From the NCBI GenBank assembly GCA_043228905.1, contig JBHGNT010000328.1, positions 1 through 34,520 of the forward strand: a stretch of 34,520 nucleotides of DNA. Reading direction: 5' to 3'. Origin of the DNA: Azolla caroliniana. Its lineage: Eukaryota; Plantae; Polypodiophyta. Numbering within the stretch: position 1 is the stretch's first letter; each line of letters begins with the position of its first letter. A model generated the notes under the pieces. That model saw nothing but the letters and a program-made list of their open reading frames with translations, was not told the DNA's origin and did not search any database. Below are positions 32,301 to 34,520 of this stretch, one piece after another. Made by a program: the position numbers and the translations under genes.

Positions 32301-33418
32301 CTGTTCCATTGCCTTTATTGAAGGAAGACCTATAACATAAAGAACTAGGTGAACCCTTGTTTGCTATCCTATAACTTGCAATGTCTGGTATGACAACACT
32401 CGAAGGGAATTGTAAAATTATACTTTCTCATGTAGCAAAAAGGAATATCATTGATCTCGATCGAAGTATCCTAAATGTTTTACATTCTCCATACTAGTAC
32501 CACAGTGGGTCATCAATATGATAGATTTTTTCTTTATTTTTATTATAAATTATGATAAGATATTCATGTCTACCAGTGAGACATCCATGACATCATCTGA
32601 ATGTGAAGGTATCTCAATTTTTTTCTGAATTCCTAGGTGTATTGAACATGTTCCAAATTAGATTTACCTTCTCAATCCTAATGTCAGCTTATGGCAGTGA
32701 CATCATAGTTATTTAAATTTGGGTTGCAGAATTGGGGTAGGGTTGTAAGCTAGAGGAATTTTGGGTTTTCTAGAGATACTATTGTTTCTTTTTCTTTGAT
32801 TTATCAATCATTACAAACCCTAAGCTCTCTTGCCTGGTTGTCAAATCATTCTATTAGAATTATTTGACAATTCTTATCATTCCAAGATGACGCTACAGAA
32901 GAGCTTAGCTTCATTTCCAATTTCATGTTAAACAAATAAGCAGTAACTTCAATGGAATAGATTAAACAAGTTGCAAGTTTTCCAGACAAAACACCTATGT
33001 GTAGTAACACCAAAATATTTTTTTAGTAATATATTCTACATCAATATGCTTACTGATTTTTCGTTCATTCTTTCCCTCGTTTCGGAGACCTCTCCATTCT
33101 GGATCAAAGACAAAAATTTACAACATATCTAATTTGAGTATCTTACATGGTATAGAGGACAAGTTTCTTCATTCACATCTAAGTCTATTTCAATTTACTT
33201 TTTTGCTTTGTTATATTTCTTTATTTTGGTTTGTTGTTTCTTAAAAGCAAGAAAATATTTTAAGATGTAATCTCTTGTTTGGTATTATAGGCCATTTTGG
33301 CATCTTAAAAGACATTAATATATCTTTCTTTGACTTATGCAGCCAAATATGGTGGTTGTAGATGTAGAGGAGCTTGTTAATAAGATAACATCGGCAACTC
33401 CAAAGTCTGCAGCTCAAG
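26172..33418 (+). CDS. NTMC2T6: N-terminal-TM, SMP(-C2) domain synaptotagmin-like protein, NTMC2 type 6 (At1g53590-like); 8 exons visible, 3' end beyond the window
   Basis: In-phase GT-AG exons give ..IGIVLFLLWLAS..|ANRIYVKRLRRQMR..|PLSDFQEAQWLNQAIEKMWP..ILGPMIPWFLDRFKP|AKVVLQQLSLGRRPP..GDDHL|IMELHLHFLAGEDMTAVL..IEGK|VRVGIKLL..QMTVRPLFTHG..AGWM|DRLVADIFEKCLVQ|PNMVVVDVE. This is colinear with the recalled At1g53590 sequence. The C2 domain is not in the window. Confidence 0.9.
27994..28068 (+). CDS. NTMC2T6: NTMC2T6-like exon 2
   Basis: tacag|GCAAAT...GACAGA|gtactt. Confidence 0.85.
28161..28304 (+). CDS. NTMC2T6: NTMC2T6-like exon 3
   Basis: tttcag|CCTCTT...ACAGTT|gtgaga. Confidence 0.9.
29560..30702 (-). 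mobile_element. Decayed RTEX-like LINE fragment in NTMC2T6 intron 3
   Basis: Minus strand GACLSGIAIKILLYADD..LISDPPEELQRHLNALK..GLSINMDKTKV at 30530-30695, and an ERICGLCH-like C-terminal remnant near 29640. Boundaries are approximate. Confidence 0.75.
31115..31210 (+). CDS. NTMC2T6: NTMC2T6-like exon 4
   Basis: ttatag|GCTAAA...CATCTT|gtaatt. Confidence 0.88.
31289..31411 (+). CDS. NTMC2T6: NTMC2T6-like exon 5
   Basis: atgcag|ATCATG...GGAAAG|gtacat. Confidence 0.9.
31580..31732 (+). CDS. NTMC2T6: NTMC2T6-like exon 6
   Basis: tttcag|GTACGT...TGGATG|gtaggc. Confidence 0.9.
31809..31850 (+). CDS. NTMC2T6: NTMC2T6-like exon 7
   Basis: atgcag|GATAGG...GTACAG|gtatga. Confidence 0.9.
33343..33418 (+). 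CDS. NTMC2T6: NTMC2T6-like exon 8
   Basis: atgcag|CCAAATATG...CTCAAG|gtcttt; the donor is less certain. Confidence 0.8.
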
Positions 33419-34364
33419 GTCTTTTCTAACTGATGTTGTCTTTTATTGGTTGATGTCTTATTATTTGGATTGCTTGTGTACCCTTAGAGAGATAGTGTAA
33501 TATTGACATTCTTTGCATGTTCAAATGAAACCAAAGGTATAACCATCTTTAGATGCATGCGAGACATGTCATATTAAAACACTAAACAAAATAGGAATAA
33601 GATGAAAGGATAAGGTTGAAGGTATAGTGGTGTCAATGATGTTTTGAAACCTTCGGCATACAGTATGCCTGTTCATTTATTTATGATTGTCTATGGCATC
33701 ACAGTTGGAATATTCTGTCAAGTTGCATCATTCATGAGCATTGTAATTAGTCTGTTCTCACTCCAGAGTTGAGCCTTGCGATTAGTCCCTATGTAGAAAC
33801 TTTATAATATGTTTTTCCGGGTATGCAAGAACTGGCAACAACAAGCTGCCAAACAGAGGCAAGTTTGATTAGCATCCATAAACAAGCTGGCTACCAGGAT
33901 CTCACATGAATCCCCCTCACTTGCAATGACATAAGCACTTACATTCTCTCGCTCTCACATAAGACAAGGTGTGACTAGTCCCTTTAATTACACATTAATT
34001 ATAAAGTGGTAGCATGTTTACGAGCTGGATGTTATATCCCCCTCTGATTACACAACTACATTAATATAGTGGCAACTTAGCAACTAAAATACAGTATTCT
34101 CCTTGCATTCACTGCTAGGCCCAATAAAGGTTCATGCACCCTCCATATGTGGTGAATCTTTGTGCTAATAAGGGTTGGTTCTTCCTCCCACCCATTTGTG
34201 CATCTACATGCAACATCTATCCTTGTGAAGGACCTTTGCATTCCGCTTTCTGGGCGTCTCTATATTCTTATCATAGTAGTACCATAAATGAAGAATCAAA
34301 ATCCTATGTCAAGAGATTTAGATTAGATTAGATATTTTATAAAGTCCATAGGAAGAAAGAGAAA

Positions 34365-34432
34365 GATAGATGGATAGATAGATATATTAACGTCTTAACG
34401 TCTTTTAAGAGGCCAAAATTGACCCATAGAGA
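34365..34432 (-). mobile_element. 3' terminus of another RTEX-like LINE with a (TATC)n tail
   Basis: (gata)n tattaacgtctt..taagaggccaaaattgacccataga matches 6778-6815 gatattaacgtcttctaagaccaaaattggcccatgaga. Confidence 0.6.
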
Positions 34433-34520
34433 ATGAAAGTGCTGATGAATCTCCAACAGTTAAACGTCCTTTGGCTAACTCATTTCTGCCTCCACCTATG
34501 TTTTAAGGCCTCCATATCTA

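Overview
Eukaryotic, intron-containing land-plant nuclear DNA; the transposon families suggest a non-seed plant such as a fern, lycophyte or bryophyte, but that is inference. Two divergently transcribed genes flank about 21 kb of nested retroelements. Left (minus strand): a homolog of the mitochondrial TPR-like protein SSR1/NDP1, with five clean 5' exons (5242 to 3200) and an apparently decayed 3' half. Right (plus strand): an NTMC2T6-type transmembrane-SMP(-C2) synaptotagmin-like gene, with 8 exons visible from 26172, running off the window. Between them: (1) an internally deleted RTEX-like LINE (6780-17653, minus) sitting in a (GA)n tract; (2) inside it, a tRNA-Trp-primed, gag-only Ty3/gypsy LTR element (7074-13377) that carries a nested solo LTR (7783-8894); (3) also inside it, a 2-kb unit of two different LTRs joined tail-to-tail under one 4-bp target site duplication (14949-16942); (4) a full-length but mutated L1-clade LINE with a 16-bp TSD (18445-24233) and two 3' fragments of the same family. 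The most unusual items are the tail-to-tail LTR heterodimer, the shared 4-bp CpG-centred target sites, and the pol-less element whose Gag is followed by a long repeat-derived extension. All homology calls are from recalled protein families and manual reading, not database searches.
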